From: Chrysomallon squamiferum
Lineage: Eukaryota; Animalia; Mollusca
NCBI GenBank assembly: GCA_012295275.1
Contig: CM022678.1
Span: forward strand, 16,554,001-16,618,000
Reading direction: 5' to 3'
DNA length: 64,000 nucleotides
Shown here: in pieces, positions 14,571 through 29,917 of the stretch
How positions within the stretch are numbered: the first letter of the stretch is position 1
Layout: each line of letters opens with the position of its first letter
Made by a program: the position numbers and the translations under genes
The notes under the pieces: model-generated
Seen by the model: the letters and a program-made list of their open reading frames with translations, nothing else
Database searches by the model: none
Told to the model about the DNA's origin: nothing

Positions 14571-15069
14571 ATGAAGAGTACAATGGCAAACTACGACAAC
14601 CACGAAGGCTTTAACATATAATGTAAAACAAAAAAAAATTCTTTTATGGTCACGTACATGAGTTGATGTTAATGTGTTTTTATTTCTGTTTTATTTTTAT
14701 TTGTACTAACCATTAACGTGGAATATGTCCCTTTTAGGTCCGTTAATTTGCAAAATAGCTGCCTCTTCATCTACAGATAAGTGTATCGCATTAATAAACT
14801 ACAAACCACAGAAACTAACGCAGACGCCATTTGCAATAATTTGTCTTTCAAACGAAGTCGAAATAAAGAGGCTTTCAGTTTAAGAGTACCCTGTAGATTT
14901 AAAATTAGCAAGCAAAACAAATTTCCTATTATATTATTTATTAACGTCGACAGCTTTGAAAGTCTTTGTAACAATGCAGTAATGAATTAAATTATGAATA
15001 ATTAAATAGCGGGGACTTGTTCGGTAATTCTCGGTAATTCTCGTATGTCCTTGCTGAAGCATTCTTCTT

Positions 15070-15100
<31 letters not shown>

Positions 15101-15192
15101 TTATTATTATTATTAATATTATTATTTATTGATATCACCTAATTTAGGTCTCTATCTTCATTTTAGGACAATCATAAACTGACATAACATTT

Positions 15193-15237
<45 letters not shown>

Positions 15238-15526
15238 GGTATTAGCAGTATTCGTAATGATAATAATAATAATTGTGGTAGTTGTCACAGCACTACTTTG
15301 TTGTTATCAGAGTTGATGTTTGTAAAGGAACGTACGAACAAAGGCTTTTAATACTCTATATGTATTCGCTGTTGCAGAAAACATCTGTAATTGTTTGATT
15401 CGATTCTGTGAACTTAGACTTACATCAGAGACCTAATCCTGTCTAGATGATGCAACATAAACAGTAAGAATGGAATATTTCTGTCTTACGTCACTAACAT
15501 GCAATATTTTTACTTCTCACCTGCAG

Positions 15527-15548
15527 GAAGATTAACAACCTGGATGAG
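15527..15548 (+). other. Candidate 22-nt micro-exon GAAGATTAACAACCTGGATGAG
   Basis: Branch point CACTAAC (15492-15498), pyrimidine tract TTTTTACTTCTCACC, TGCAG acceptor, GAG|GTAAAT donor. Confidence 0.55.
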
Positions 15549-15902
15549 GTAAATCCGTTAAATTAACAAACGTTGTAAAAGTATTTTCTGAAAAAAGAGA
15601 AGTTAAAAAAATAAATAAATAAAAAAATAAAAATCCCAGCAGATTAAGCGAAGAAAGTGTTTCTGTGTATTACAGTTCTCTGCATGACGTCATTAGTAAA
15701 GCTATTTGCGTAATTAGGCCAATAACTGTTCTGGTACAGATTTGAATTTTAGATTTTTTAGGTTTTTTTCGCTCTGTCGATGGTTTACAAAGTTAATTAC
15801 GAGTTTTGTGAGGTTTCGGCTAATTCGTGTGTAACAGTTACATTAACACGCAGATACACGTAGAGATGAAGTCAGATGTGAGAAACACGTGTTAGAAATA
15901 CG

Positions 15903-16005
<103 letters not shown>

Positions 16006-16339
16006 TTGTAACATACATATGTGTCTGTGTAGATATACATATTTATATATGTTTGTGTGTGTATGTGTTTTATATATATATATATATGTATGTATGAATG
16101 TATGTATATGAATATGTATATCTACACAGACACATACATCCGTATATATATTCCTACCTATCTACCTACCTACCAAACTACATGCCTACCTACACACCTA
16201 CCTACCTGCCTATACTTTATTTATATAACCCTATCCAAACACTCTTTCTGTTTTTTTTTTTTTATTTTTTTCCCCATTCTTTCTAAAACACAACATCCAG
16301 CTTAGTACTAGAAGGAACGTGACGATTATCTCGGTCAGT

Positions 16340-16523
16340 AAAAGTCAGTTACGTGACGGCTACAACTACGAGCTCCTCCTAATTAGAGCCAATCAGAGTT
16401 GAGTCGTCCGCCGGACTTCAGCGCAGAGCTCACTGCTTTCCACTGCAGTCACGCACATCCTGGCTACCGTTAAAAGTACAGTCTGCAATTTCCGACACAC
16501 ACACGCCCTCGCTGGCGGTAAGT
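16340..16523 (+). promoter_or_regulatory. Candidate promoter and first exon (NF-Y CCAAT box, CpG-rich, donor GCG|GTAAGT)
   Basis: AGCCAATCAG with CCAAT at 16389-16393, TTACGTGA upstream, local CpG enrichment, Inr-like GCAGT/ACAGT, donor at 16518. Confidence 0.5.
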
Positions 16524-17684
16524 GCAGTGAAGTCATGCGTCCCCGTCGTCGTCGTCATCATCATCATCATCAGCAGAAGCATACCAGTGTCGGAAACAAA
16601 GACTGCTACTACGGCGTCTCGAAGTATGCTTTGCTTGCTGACCTAGTTTTCGGAGTGGAATTCAGGGCAGACGCTTCATTCTTAAGTCGTTAGCGTGAAC
16701 TCGGAACGATGATATTAGTCAGTTATTTAACCTGAATGTTTCAGATTTCGAAGAGATGATATTTGTATTTTTCTTTAATCTTGAATGGCTTCCTTTCAAT
16801 ATAACTGAGTTCTAATTATATCTCTCTCTCTCTTTCTCTTTGTCTCTCTCTCTCTCTTTCTCTGTCTCTCTCGGTCTCTCTCTTTCTCTTTGTCTCTCTC
16901 TCTTTTTCTCTGTCTCTCTATCTCTCTCTCTCTTTCTCTGTCTCTCTCACACACTCTTTGTATACACACATTCAGACACACACACAGAGAGACAGAGAGA
17001 GAGAGAGAGAGAGAGCTAAAGCTAAAGAGAATGATATGTGTCTGTCTGTATGTATGTATTCTATCTATATCGTTATCTCTTTCTGCTTATTGCTCTTTCT
17101 CTCACTTTCTTCTGTGAGTCATTTTTTCTCAGAGTCATTTTCATTTATTCACTCTTTCAATCTATCATCACATTTTTGTGTGTCATTCATTTCTAATTTG
17201 TTCTATCTCTTTCAATCTATCATCACATTTTCTCTCTAGTTCTCTCTCTCTCTTTCTCTAATTCTTTCTTCTTCTTCCCTTCCATTTCTCCTCGTATATT
17301 TATAATAGATGTTCCAGCTGTCGTACTATAGCAAAACAAACTAAATTACTAAATCAGAAATTATATTTACTTTCTCCCTGAACACCAGAGGCGGTCGACT
17401 TCTGTTAAAAAGGAGATAGCAGCCGTTTAAATTATTAGAGTATCCTAAACCACACCGCGCTTGCAAAAATAATAACTGTGCATACATCAATTTCATTACA
17501 GGGGGGCAGATTCGCAAACCTCATTAGCGACAAGCAAACACATTTGTTTCCAGCTTAGGAATAATTTTGGTCAGTAAATCAATTACGCAGATATTTTTTC
17601 AAATTATGGCTTCTTAGCCCTAACTTGAAACTGCCAAGATTTTGGAAGAGTGTGAAGATGGGTCTGTCTTTGATTGCTTCTGTC

Positions 17685-17786
17685 TTGTTGAAAGCAAAGA
17701 AAGTAATGTCACCGTGGTCGATAATGAATTGTTTGTTGAAAGCAAAGAAAGTAATGTCACCGTGGTCGATAATGAATTGTTTGTTG
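17685..17786. repeat. Perfect 48-bp tandem duplication
   Basis: TTGTTGAAAGCAAAGAAAGTAATGTCACCGTGGTCGATAATGAATTGT twice (starts 17685 and 17733). Confidence 0.95.
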
Positions 17787-18007
17787 GAAAGGTGAAGTGT
17801 GGAGAGAAAAAAGGTGAATGAGAAAAGCCAAGAGAAGAAAACTGAAACAAGAAGCGATGCAACGAAATGGAAACTGAAGGAAAGAATAATTTTTTTTTTT
17901 AATGTAATGACCAAAAGAATGAAAGAGAGAAAAAAAAAAAAAAAAAAACAACAAAACAAAAGACGAACGGTGAAGGAGTAAAAAAGTAAAGAAGGAAAAG
18001 TACAATT

Positions 18008-18315
18008 GAAGAAAGAAGAAATTAGAAAAGAAAGGAGAATTACATAATGAAAGAAAGAAGAAATTAGAAAAGAAAGGAGAATTACATAATGAAAGAAAGA
18101 AGAAATTAGAAAAGAAAGGAGAATTACATAATGAAAGAAAGAAGAAATTAGAAAAGAAAGGATAATTACATAATGAAAGAAAGAAGAAATTAGAAAAGAA
18201 AGGAGAATTACATAATGAAAGAAAGAAGAAATTAGAAAAGAAAGGAGAATTACATAATGAAAGAAAGAAGAAATTAGAAAAGAAAGGACAATTACACAAT
18301 GAAAGAAAGAAGAAG
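18008..18315. repeat. 42-bp minisatellite, ~7 copies (GAAAGAAAGAAGAAATTAGAAAAGAAAGGAGAATTACATAAT)
   Basis: TACATAAT recurs at 18041, 18083, 18125, 18167, 18209 and 18251, with variant TACACAAT at 18293. Confidence 0.95.
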
Positions 18316-18360
18316 GAAAGAAGGACGCCACTCACACACACACACACCTTCACACACTCA

Positions 18361-18437
<77 letters not shown>

Positions 18438-19209
18438 CCAAACACACATATACAGAGAGAAAAATAAAACAAAATATGAAAATATGAAGAACTAAAGTAG
18501 AACAAACTAAACAGAGAGGGGAAGAAAGAAAACAATATTAAGGCTGAAAGAAAGAAGAATTAAAAAAGAAAGAATGAACGAAAGAATGAAAGATAGAATG
18601 AAAAATAATAAAGAGAACTGGAAAAAATAAATAAAATAAAACAGTGAGAAATGAAAAAAAAAAAAGAAAAAGAGAGATGATTAAGGAATAACTACACTTG
18701 TAAAAAACAGATACAAAATAAGAATAAAAATACAAACAATACTGAGTTCTCCTAGTCTACGTTATCACACTGGTTTTTGTTGATTAATCGACCAAGTTAA
18801 GAAACACGAATTTCAGATAACGCTGCTTGATGCATTCTTTGCTTGTGTTTGAGAAAAAAGTCTGTCCTGATCAATCTTCGCCACAAAGCTATCTAAAACT
18901 CGATATTTCAGGTGCGAAATCTAATCTCTGAACGTAATAAAGATATTTATAAGCAGGTGTAAATGAGTTTGGAACCATATTTTTTTGTAAAATAAAATGT
19001 TTCTATTTAGAGCTGGTTTTTAACAATCCAAATTGTCAGGTTGTTGGATTACATCCCAGCAAAGGCAAAATTAGGAAAAAAAATAAAAATAAAAATAAAA
19101 GAATCTAATGTTCTGTTTTTAATTAGGAAATACAAATAATAATTTAGTACTCTTCGTTACAGCAATGAGGAAATATTTTTGTCTCTGTCTATTACTCATT
19201 CAGTTTAAT

Positions 19210-19307
<98 letters not shown>

Positions 19308-19909
19308 TCTCTCTTACTCTTTCTCTTTCTACACACCTGTTTATCTACCTATATTAAGGACCACATTATTCTCAAATATCTTTGAATAGAACGTTGCTTT
19401 ATAACAATAGAAATACGGTATTTTTAATTGTTTTTCTGTTGCCACTAAATCAAATAATTTAATTACGCCATGCTTTATTGACTAAGAAACAGACAAAAAA
19501 ACAAAAAATGAAATTAAAAAAAGGAAATGGCCTGATGTCACGTGATGTTTGATTGCACGCTGTTGCTGTTACTTCCTGGTTTACGTTTAAATAAAATGTC
19601 GGAAAAAAAAAAGAAAAAAAATGAAAAAGAGTAATTTAGTTCAATTAAAAGCCACGGAAAAAGAAAAGGAAAAAAGGAATAAAACGAAAATCGACGTAAA
19701 GCTAATGCTTTTTTGCTGCTTATTTTTAAATCAACAATTTCTTTCGTTTTTAAACAACAAAATTTTAAATTACTGATGGCAGCCATTAATTTTTGTGAAA
19801 TACTCTTTTGTAATTTCCTCCATAAAGAGCAGAGCACTTTATAACAAACTTTAATACAGGGATGTGAACTAAATTAATAACTGTTAACCCTGAACGGTTT
19901 TATACCGGC

Positions 19910-20141
19910 CGTCGGAAACAGGAAGATGAGCGAAGTTCGGATGCTATGGAGACGACCCTGTGCTATAAATAGCTTAGGGTCAGATTGTGCAATCAGTACT
20001 TTATTATCAAAATGACTTATGACGTAGCTAACACGGTAGTTTGAGAGAACATATTAAAGTACGCGTCTGCTGGGAACTACTTGTATCATAAATTATATTT
20101 CGTGTCTGAGTTTCGTATGGAAACGATCACTAGAGGGCAGC
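19910..20141. promoter_or_regulatory. Dense TF-motif module (ETS, MEF2, C/EBP, RFX-like, CTCF-like)
   Basis: ACAGGAAG; CTATAAATAG 19963-19972; ATTGTGCAAT 19984-19993; GTTTCGTATGGAAAC 20110-20124; TCACTAGAGGGCAGC 20127-20141. Confidence 0.45.
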
Positions 20142-20285
20142 AGCTCTTTGTTTAAATGGGCAACTTGAAGCACGGAGAATTGCAGGATCGATCCTTTCCG
20201 ACGGTCAAGTTGAACTTTTCGCCATTCTAATCAAAACCAAACATTGGATTTCTTAAAAGCTGTGGTATTATAATATCTGTGTGTA
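20141..20285 (+). mobile_element. Degraded tRNA-derived SINE with Meta/MESC-like core (5' part)
   Basis: CTTGAAGCACGG...CAGGATCGATCC (B-box-like)...TGGATTTCTTAAAAGCTGTGGTAT...CTGTGTGT is colinear with a recalled molluscan SINE consensus (…GGATCGATCCC…TGGTATATCAAAGGCCGTGGTATGTGCTATCCTGTCTGTGGG). Family assignment is from memory. Confidence 0.55.
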
Positions 20286-20291
20286 TGTGTA

Positions 20292-20348
<57 letters not shown>

Positions 20349-20462
20349 GTGTATATGTGTATAGGTAGATAGATAGACAGACATATAGATATGTACACAC
20401 ATATATTCTATTTGAAAATGATAAGTCTAGACTCAAATAGCCAAGTAATAGCTGAAAACTAT

Positions 20463-20516
<54 letters not shown>

Positions 20517-21308
20517 TACTACTACCACTACTACTACTACTACTGATTGTAATATCTGGTTATAAAGTAATGTGATGTAATAATTGTTTTATTATTACAG
20601 TTAGGTTTCACCACTTATACATCACTAGCACTCTTCATTCATTCTTCATTCATTCATTTTTAAAGAATTATTCTTTCATAATAAGTATCATTCTTTCATC
20701 ATTCATTCGTTCGTTCATCTACATTCACTCGTTTATCTTCATTCATTAATTTATCTTCATTCGTTCATTCATTCATCTGCATTCATTCATTCATTAATTC
20801 ATTCATCTTCATTCATTCGTTCATTCATTAATTTAGCAGAATAATTATTTTTGTTCTAAATTTCTTCATCCATGTTATAATTTTACTTCCATGTCGTCGC
20901 TCATTTCTCATTATCACTGTTTCTATACTGCATCCCACAGTATTCGACTCAACAGGCAAAAATTCACCTTACCCCCTCCCTGTTCACGGAACCAGGAAGT
21001 AGTGTCTTGATTACGTCATCGACCACATTGGAATCCTATAACAAGGCTGGAAATACCAATACACTGAAATGTCTTTATAAGATGAGATATTTGAACAGCA
21101 TCAAAGAATGGGAATGTACTGCGTGTGGATGCAGTTATAAATATTTCGGTTTAAGAAAACATCTCAAATTTCTTTCTTTTTTGTCTTTTAAAAAAAAAAA
21201 AAAAAAGTATTATGGAATTCTTTGATGTTTTGTTGACTAAGATGTGATCTTTAAGTAAATGGGTGTACACAAATAAAAAACCCAAAAAAATAGACATTAA
21301 AATGGAGC

Positions 21309-21401
<93 letters not shown>

Positions 21402-21427
21402 TAGAGAGAGAGAGAGAGAGAGAGAGG

Positions 21428-21503
<76 letters not shown>

Positions 21504-22786
21504 ACAAAACCTCGCGTCTGCTTTGAACAGAATTAATTGTGCAACATTACATTGTTACATGTAAATTTAAAACTTCTGTAAAGCTATTTTACGACCCATC
21601 TCTGTTTAACGAACTGAAGTGAGTCAGTAAATGAATTATGCAGTTTATTATTCAGGAGAAAAAATAAATAAAAAAAGGTTACAAATTGAGTCTCTTCAAT
21701 TTCCGAGCAATGTTAAAGGCTAATGGTTTCGTACAATGCATGGAATTTGTTTTAAAATATTTATAATCATTCCTAGAAGGTTTTTCTCAGCACTTTACAT
21801 GTATTTTATTTTATTATTTTTTTTTTTTTTTACGTTATTACCAGCTAAAATTCGTTTACAATACGGATTCAATTAGATAAAGATTTGTCAAAACCAAAGC
21901 TGTTGGATGTTAATTACATTTTCTACCTTTAACAAAAAAAAATCGTTAATATCGACACATTCTGGGGTAAAAAGAAAAAGGAAAAAAAAAAAAAAAAAAA
22001 AAGATTTAAAAGAAAAGAAAGATGAGAGAAATAAAATTATCTAAGATTTCAACACAAAACGTGCAAAAAAAAAAAAACACGGACTAACACTGCACGGTGC
22101 CATATGGTGCCAAATGCAGCATATTTTTTTATTTAAAAGATAAACAAGACAAACAAACAGACGAATTTCTAAACGTTTCCGTCAGTTTTTAGTGAATTCA
22201 ATTAAATTGTTTAACAGGTTTTTCTGGTGATTATGACTGCCTAAATGACAAAAGAGAAGCTTATATTTTTCTTTACGTTTTTTTTTTTCTTTCCGTTGTT
22301 GTTTTTTTCAAAGAAGAAAAACAAGAAAAAGAAGAAAAGGATTTCATTATGCGATGAAATTAAATTCCAGTCAAAAAAAAAAAAAAAAAAAAAAAAGAAG
22401 AAAGAAATACATTTAAATTGATGGATCTAAGGGAAATAAGAAAGTGTGATTATGGCGTATTTCGAAAACAGCAGAAAAGTGTGATTGTGATGAATTGAAA
22501 TACAATCATCATTATATTTTTATTTTTTAAATTTGTTTTTTAAATTTTTCTTTTAAATTTCATTAGCAGTTATTTAACTCTCTCTCTCTGTCTCAACGTT
22601 ATCCGGTCAAGGAGCAATGGTTTGGAACGTGTGAAATGTCAGTGTTTGCAGTATGGAAACACGATCCAGTGATATTTCATCACTTTTAATAACTGGTATT
22701 ATTTTCAGTCGTTGTCTGGACTTGAACCCGCAGTCTAAAAAACTTAGTTGACTGATTTATATTCGAGTCACTGAGATTCTTTTTTT

Positions 22787-22821
<35 letters not shown>

Positions 22822-22913
22822 ATGTAGAAACTTTTTTCTCTTTTTTTTTCTTTATTTCTTTCAGTCTTTCATTCATTTTTGGTTCTTTCGTTTTCTTTTC
22901 TTTACTTTTCTCG

Positions 22914-22944
<31 letters not shown>

Positions 22945-23248
22945 TTCTTTCTTTCTTTCTTTCTCCACTAATGCATGCTTGAAATAATATCAATGAAGAC
23001 TGTAGGAAACACTGTTTTATGAAGCATACAAGTCAGCTATCTGGGTAAATAAATCAGAAGAAGGGAAAAACATTAAGAAGAAATATAACGAAAACCACTT
23101 AACAAATAATCTACAGCAACAAACAAACAAAGAAAAAAAAGAAAAAAGTAATAATTTAAAAAACAAAAGAAAAAAAAAACAAACAAAGAAAGGATGTGAT
23201 ACAGAAAAACAGAATAAAAATAGAAAAGAGGAAAAACATCATAACGTG

Positions 23249-23280
<32 letters not shown>

Positions 23281-23486
23281 AACAACAAAGAGTTCCTACG
23301 CATTGTCTTTCCATGAAAAGAACTCTTCAGTCACTGAAGAGAAAATACTGCCTGCTGTTACATATGTTCTTCCGGTCCATTAACCACGCGTTGTGTTTCG
23401 TATTCGTTTTCAGCATTCCGTATCATAATACCATCTGTTAAAAGCTAACTGCTTTAGGCCTTTAACTAAATAAAATATAAAAGGGC

Positions 23487-23770
<284 letters not shown>

Positions 23771-24284
23771 TAAAAAGGTAGAGGGATTAATTAAGAGAAA
23801 GAAAACAGAAGTAAAAAAAAAAAAACCAACAACAACAAAAACAGCAACAAATAAACAAAACAGAAGAAGTAAGGTAAGCCTGTACTTTTGTTTGTTTGAA
23901 TCAAAAAGATGTTTAATTCGGTGGCTTTATAATCCCAGGTTTAGTTTGGCTACAGATAAAAGTTACTTTGAAAACGTCTTTGGCAGATTCTCGCATCGCG
24001 TAGCTTTTTTTTTTAACAAACCGCTCCACATCCACACTTTCTTAATCAGATTAAACTCATCTGATATTAATATCAGAAAGGAGCTTTGAACAGAGACAAA
24101 CATCTAGAGAATGCGACACAAAAACACAGGAGCTCGCGTCATGGTAATAACGTATTATACGACATGAAAGGCGCCCGCTGAAAGCGAAAGTAAAAAAAAT
24201 GTATGATTAATAAGAAAAGCAGAGACAAGAACAGAAAAGTTACTCCGTCCTTTGTTAACTTAATTACAGAATAGTGCACGCACG

Positions 24285-24373
<89 letters not shown>

Positions 24374-24500
24374 TATGATATGTACGTTTTGTAATAGTTA
24401 TAATATGAATGTGGATAAATCAAATATCCATTTCAGATATTTATTTGATCATCCTCTTTCTTTTTCTGTGTAGGTATGTTGGTTCATATATACATACGTA

Positions 24501-24534
<34 letters not shown>

Positions 24535-25588
24535 ATACAAAACACACACAAACACACGCATACACAAAGATACATACAAACATACATAGACCCACAAACA
24601 CACGAAAACATATATACGCACACACACACATACGTACATGCGCACACACGCACACACGCACGCGCGTACATTCTGCACGAAGCTGATTAACTTGAGCTGA
24701 TACAAAACGTTGCATCTTAATAAGACGCTTTTATACTTTATACTGTTAATAATTCATTTTGTCAAATAACTGTACTGACAAGAAATTCCATCCTTTAATT
24801 ACGCTCGTTTTTTTTGCTGTATTTTTATTTACTTTAATCAGACAGATTCTTTTTTTTATAAGAAACGAGACGAAACTTGATTCTCAGATATTGACTAAAA
24901 TTGTTAATAGACACTGAAATAGTTTCTTCGATTTCACAATTAACCATTTTTTTTTTTTTTTTTTTTTTTTTTAATCTGATACAAATGAACTACTGCTGTT
25001 AGAAAATATTTCAGTTTTTTTTTTACGATTGGAACAATATATTATCCTGTAGTCACAAATGAAAAAACAAACAACAACAACAACAACAAAAAAACCCAGA
25101 ACAACAACAACAACAACAAAAATCGCCAACAAACAGTATAACATCGAGTGTCTTATTTTTGCAACGAGAAAAGCCGGAAGCCATACTTTTTAATTGGCAC
25201 GTGAAAAAAACAAAAAAGAAAATAAGAAATAAAAGAAAGAGTTTGTCCATCTAAATTTGACGACTGTGATTTAAATTTCACACGAACATAACTTTAATAT
25301 ATATATATTTATTATGGTGCCGAAATAGTTAGGACTTAAAAAAAAGAAAGAAAAAAAAGAAAACAACAAAAAAACAAACAGAAAAAAACATTAGCTGAAA
25401 GTTCCGATGTTTACTCGGAAATGATCGGCGAAAATCGGAAATATACGAAAGTCATACTTTCAGTCCAGCAGTTCAGTCAAGATACAGTGATTGATTAATC
25501 TTTGAGTTTTGTTTGTTTTAATTACCTTGGCGGGGGATTATCAAACGTGTCCGTTATGAAAAATATTAGAGCTTAAAATTTCTTTTCT

Positions 25589-25690
<102 letters not shown>

Positions 25691-26145
25691 ATATATATAT
25701 AAATGGAAAACGAAGATGGTGTTTTTAGTTCATTTTTTCTTTTATTCTTTCGTCCTTGTATCATATATATATATATAGACACACACACACACACACACAT
25801 ACTTTTATGTGTCTAATAAAACATATTGCTTTTATGATCTTACAGTCATTGCTATTTCAGAGACATTCTTTTTTTTTTGTCTTTTTTATTAACGCTAAAA
25901 TTTTGACATTTTAAAAACCTTTTACTGCAACAGAAGAAATCGGTTGCTGAATCATTCGTCACGAAACGCATTATTGACTGAAATTACAGAGCTACAACCA
26001 AAGCTCTAAAAAGTGACTATTAAAAAGTCTATTTGGAAAAGTGATAAAACAAAAAAAAACGTCGATAAGATGCTTTTATCTGAATATACTCAGTGATACC
26101 TGAAGGCCATATGTAATACAAAGAAAAAAAAAAAAACTAAATAAA

Positions 26146-26262
<117 letters not shown>

Positions 26263-26497
26263 AAGAAGAAAAGACTCCAGGTTGTCAACCTCTTGTTGTA
26301 TTACGTGCGATTGATTTCGTTTGACGTAGAAGACGTTTTTTCCAGACAAGCTTAATTTGTTTTATGTGTAGGTGAGAGAAACAGCTATCTTATTATTATA
26401 CATCACTGGACAGGTAGCTGTTATATGAACACATCACTCACAAAACACACGGACACACACACACACAACAAATTGGCAGACAGACATACTGACATAC

Positions 26498-26652
<155 letters not shown>

Positions 26653-26957
26653 CTATGACTTTGTACTGTTCTTTCTAATTCATTCTCTCGCTTTCTCTTT
26701 CGTTCTTTCTTTCTTTCTTATTTCTCGTATTAAAGAGAGACATAGAGACAGACAGACAGACAGTCAGATAAATAGAAAGACAGACACATAGACAGATCAG
26801 TAGACACCCCAACGTACAAGTTGGTAGGTTATGCATACGGAAAGAAACAGTGCACAGGCAAAATCGAGAGCTTGAATAAGAGAAATAAAAAAGAAAGAAA
26901 GAACGAAAGAGAAAGTGAGAGAATGAATTAGAAAGCAAGAACAATACAACGTCAGAG

Positions 26958-27045
<88 letters not shown>

Positions 27046-27491
27046 CTAATTATAGCACAAAGCATTATTAATTTTTTTACCGCTGTATTCTTTAACCTAG
27101 TAATGTAACATTAAAACATCCGGGTGAGCTAAAATGACTGTTATTACACAACCGTAAAGCCGATATAAGTGCTATTTAGACGTCATGTAATGACTGCTCT
27201 GTGTGATACTGTTTCTGCGGAGGATGGTGATTGAACACCTTGATTTGAAAAACACGACAAATTACAAAATTGATATGTCTGTCTGAAATTTCACTGCAGT
27301 GTCAGCGGTTTTCGTTATATTTTATTTTAATTTTTTTTGGTATATATATATGCGTATATATCACGTGGGTTGTCACTCTTTATGCAATTAATTTCCACCT
27401 GGGGAAAAAAAAAAAAAATGTATATATGCACGTATACAGACTATATATTAATGCATGAATTATGTCGGTTAATCACCAGATATGCACATTT

Positions 27492-27581
<90 letters not shown>

Positions 27582-27672
27582 ACACACCCAGACGCACATA
27601 TGTACATGAAAACTGTCATTCCTCACTCAGACACTTAATAGAAAGTTATAGCAAAGATAAAAATAAAAAAGC

Positions 27673-27703
<31 letters not shown>

Positions 27704-28412
27704 TAATAATTTTAATAAAAAATAATAATAAAAAAAAATTAAAAAAAAAAAAAAACATAAAAGAAAAATAACACAAACATTTGCATCGTAAAAGTTCAAT
27801 TGATCCGATACATCAAACAGTTGTTAATTACCTCCCCTCCGTCGTCGCCAGAGGTCGTGCTCGATGTAACTCTCTAATTAAAAAGAGAAAAAAAAAAAAA
27901 AAAAAACAAAAACAACCTTGATGAGTACATCGAACCTCTGTCGGAAACATCGTAGGATTGATAAGACTTTCTGGCTTGACCTTAATTAAATTAAATGTCA
28001 AATTTTCAATAATTTATACCTTTTTATCGTTCAAAATTTAACTGATTTAATTAACGTGAATATAATACAATGAAAAACACGTTCAGACACCCAGTCTTTG
28101 TTCGTGTTTTTGTAAACACCGTGGGCATTTTTTGTATAAGAAAACGAAAGAAATTTTAAAAATAAAAACTATAATAACAGCACAAAAACAAAAGATAAAC
28201 TTACAAAAACAACACAACACCAACAAACAAGAAATAAATAACGATAATAAACAACAAAATATAAGAACAACGACGTAAATGAAATAAAGATGAATAAAAT
28301 ACAACTGAAGAATTTTATAGTTAGTTTATTTGCATTGTCATTGTTGTCACTGTTATCAGTAATCTGCTTATCTTTCTACAGTTACTGAGAGAATTATTAA
28401 ATAGTTATAAGA

Positions 28413-28493
<81 letters not shown>

Positions 28494-28934
28494 GAAGTGT
28501 GGGAGATAATGGGAGGGGGGGAGGGGGGAGGGAAAGACACAGAGAGAGAGAAGGAGGGAGAGAGAGAGAGGGAGGGAGAGAGAGATCGAGAGAGAGAGAG
28601 AGAGGGAGGGATGGATGGAGAGAGAGAGAGAGAGGGAGGGAGGGAGGGAAGGAGAGGGAAAGAGAGAGAGAGGAAAGGAGAAGAAAATGACACTGGAAAA
28701 ACAAATAGTGAAAATGAATCACCTAACGAGACAATGAATATATATATAAAAAAAAAATAATGAATAGAAATGAGTAAGAAAGAAGTAACTTTTACGCACT
28801 TAGTTAACAGTAATTGTCAGATCAATATATACAGCGTTCTGCGTGTACAGGAAAAGTAATCCCTGGCAGTGGTTTATTAAACAGTGTTATTGATTACCAC
28901 ACGTATTCGATAGTTTCGGTTAATGGAGATATAA

Positions 28935-29152
<218 letters not shown>

Positions 29153-29293
29153 GATTTTTCCTGTGTTAACTGAAATCTTTTAGATAGATAGATAAAGAAC
29201 AGAAAGAGGGAGAAAAGGAGCTAGAGTGAAATTCGGACAGAAGAGAAAGATTGCGAGAAAAAGAAAACAGACGATACTAGCCTGCCTACCTGT

Positions 29294-29393
<100 letters not shown>

Positions 29394-29687
29394 CCACACA
29401 CACACATATATAAAATCTTTCTATCTATATATCAGTTTGTCTATCTATTTATTTATCTGTCTGTCTGTCTGCTATAGTATGTGGGTTCAGACATCAGCTG
29501 TACATTTTTGTTTTATCTATTTAATAAGATGATTGACTCTGTTCCTAATTAAATTTATTAATATTTTTTTGAAAATGTTGAGATGCATGTGATTCGTCTG
29601 TTGATCTAACTTCCAGTTTAAAGATAGACGCGTGTTTAAAATCTCTGGTAAGTTGCACCAGTTTGTTTTTCAATCTGAGATAATTAA

Positions 29688-29752
<65 letters not shown>

Positions 29753-29862
29753 ATAGTAGTAGTAAGTAATAATAATAATAATAATAAAAATAATGATAAT
29801 GATAATGATGATGATAATGATAATAATAATAATAATGATAATGATAATTATAATAATGAAAA

Positions 29863-29917
<55 letters not shown>

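Noticed and set aside
14887-14898. TACCCTGTAGAT, matching the 5' 12 nt of miR-10
   Set aside because: The 3' half diverges and there is no complementary star arm or hairpin.
17579-18331. 250-aa hydrophobic repeat ORF on the - strand
   Set aside because: Made of the 42-bp minisatellite, a 48-bp duplication and a poly-T run; non-ATG start; no domain.
22718-22728. B-box GGTTCAAGTCC on the - strand (a similar tRNA-like patch lies at 12351-12395)
   Set aside because: No A-box or cloverleaf; at most SINE debris, not a tRNA gene.
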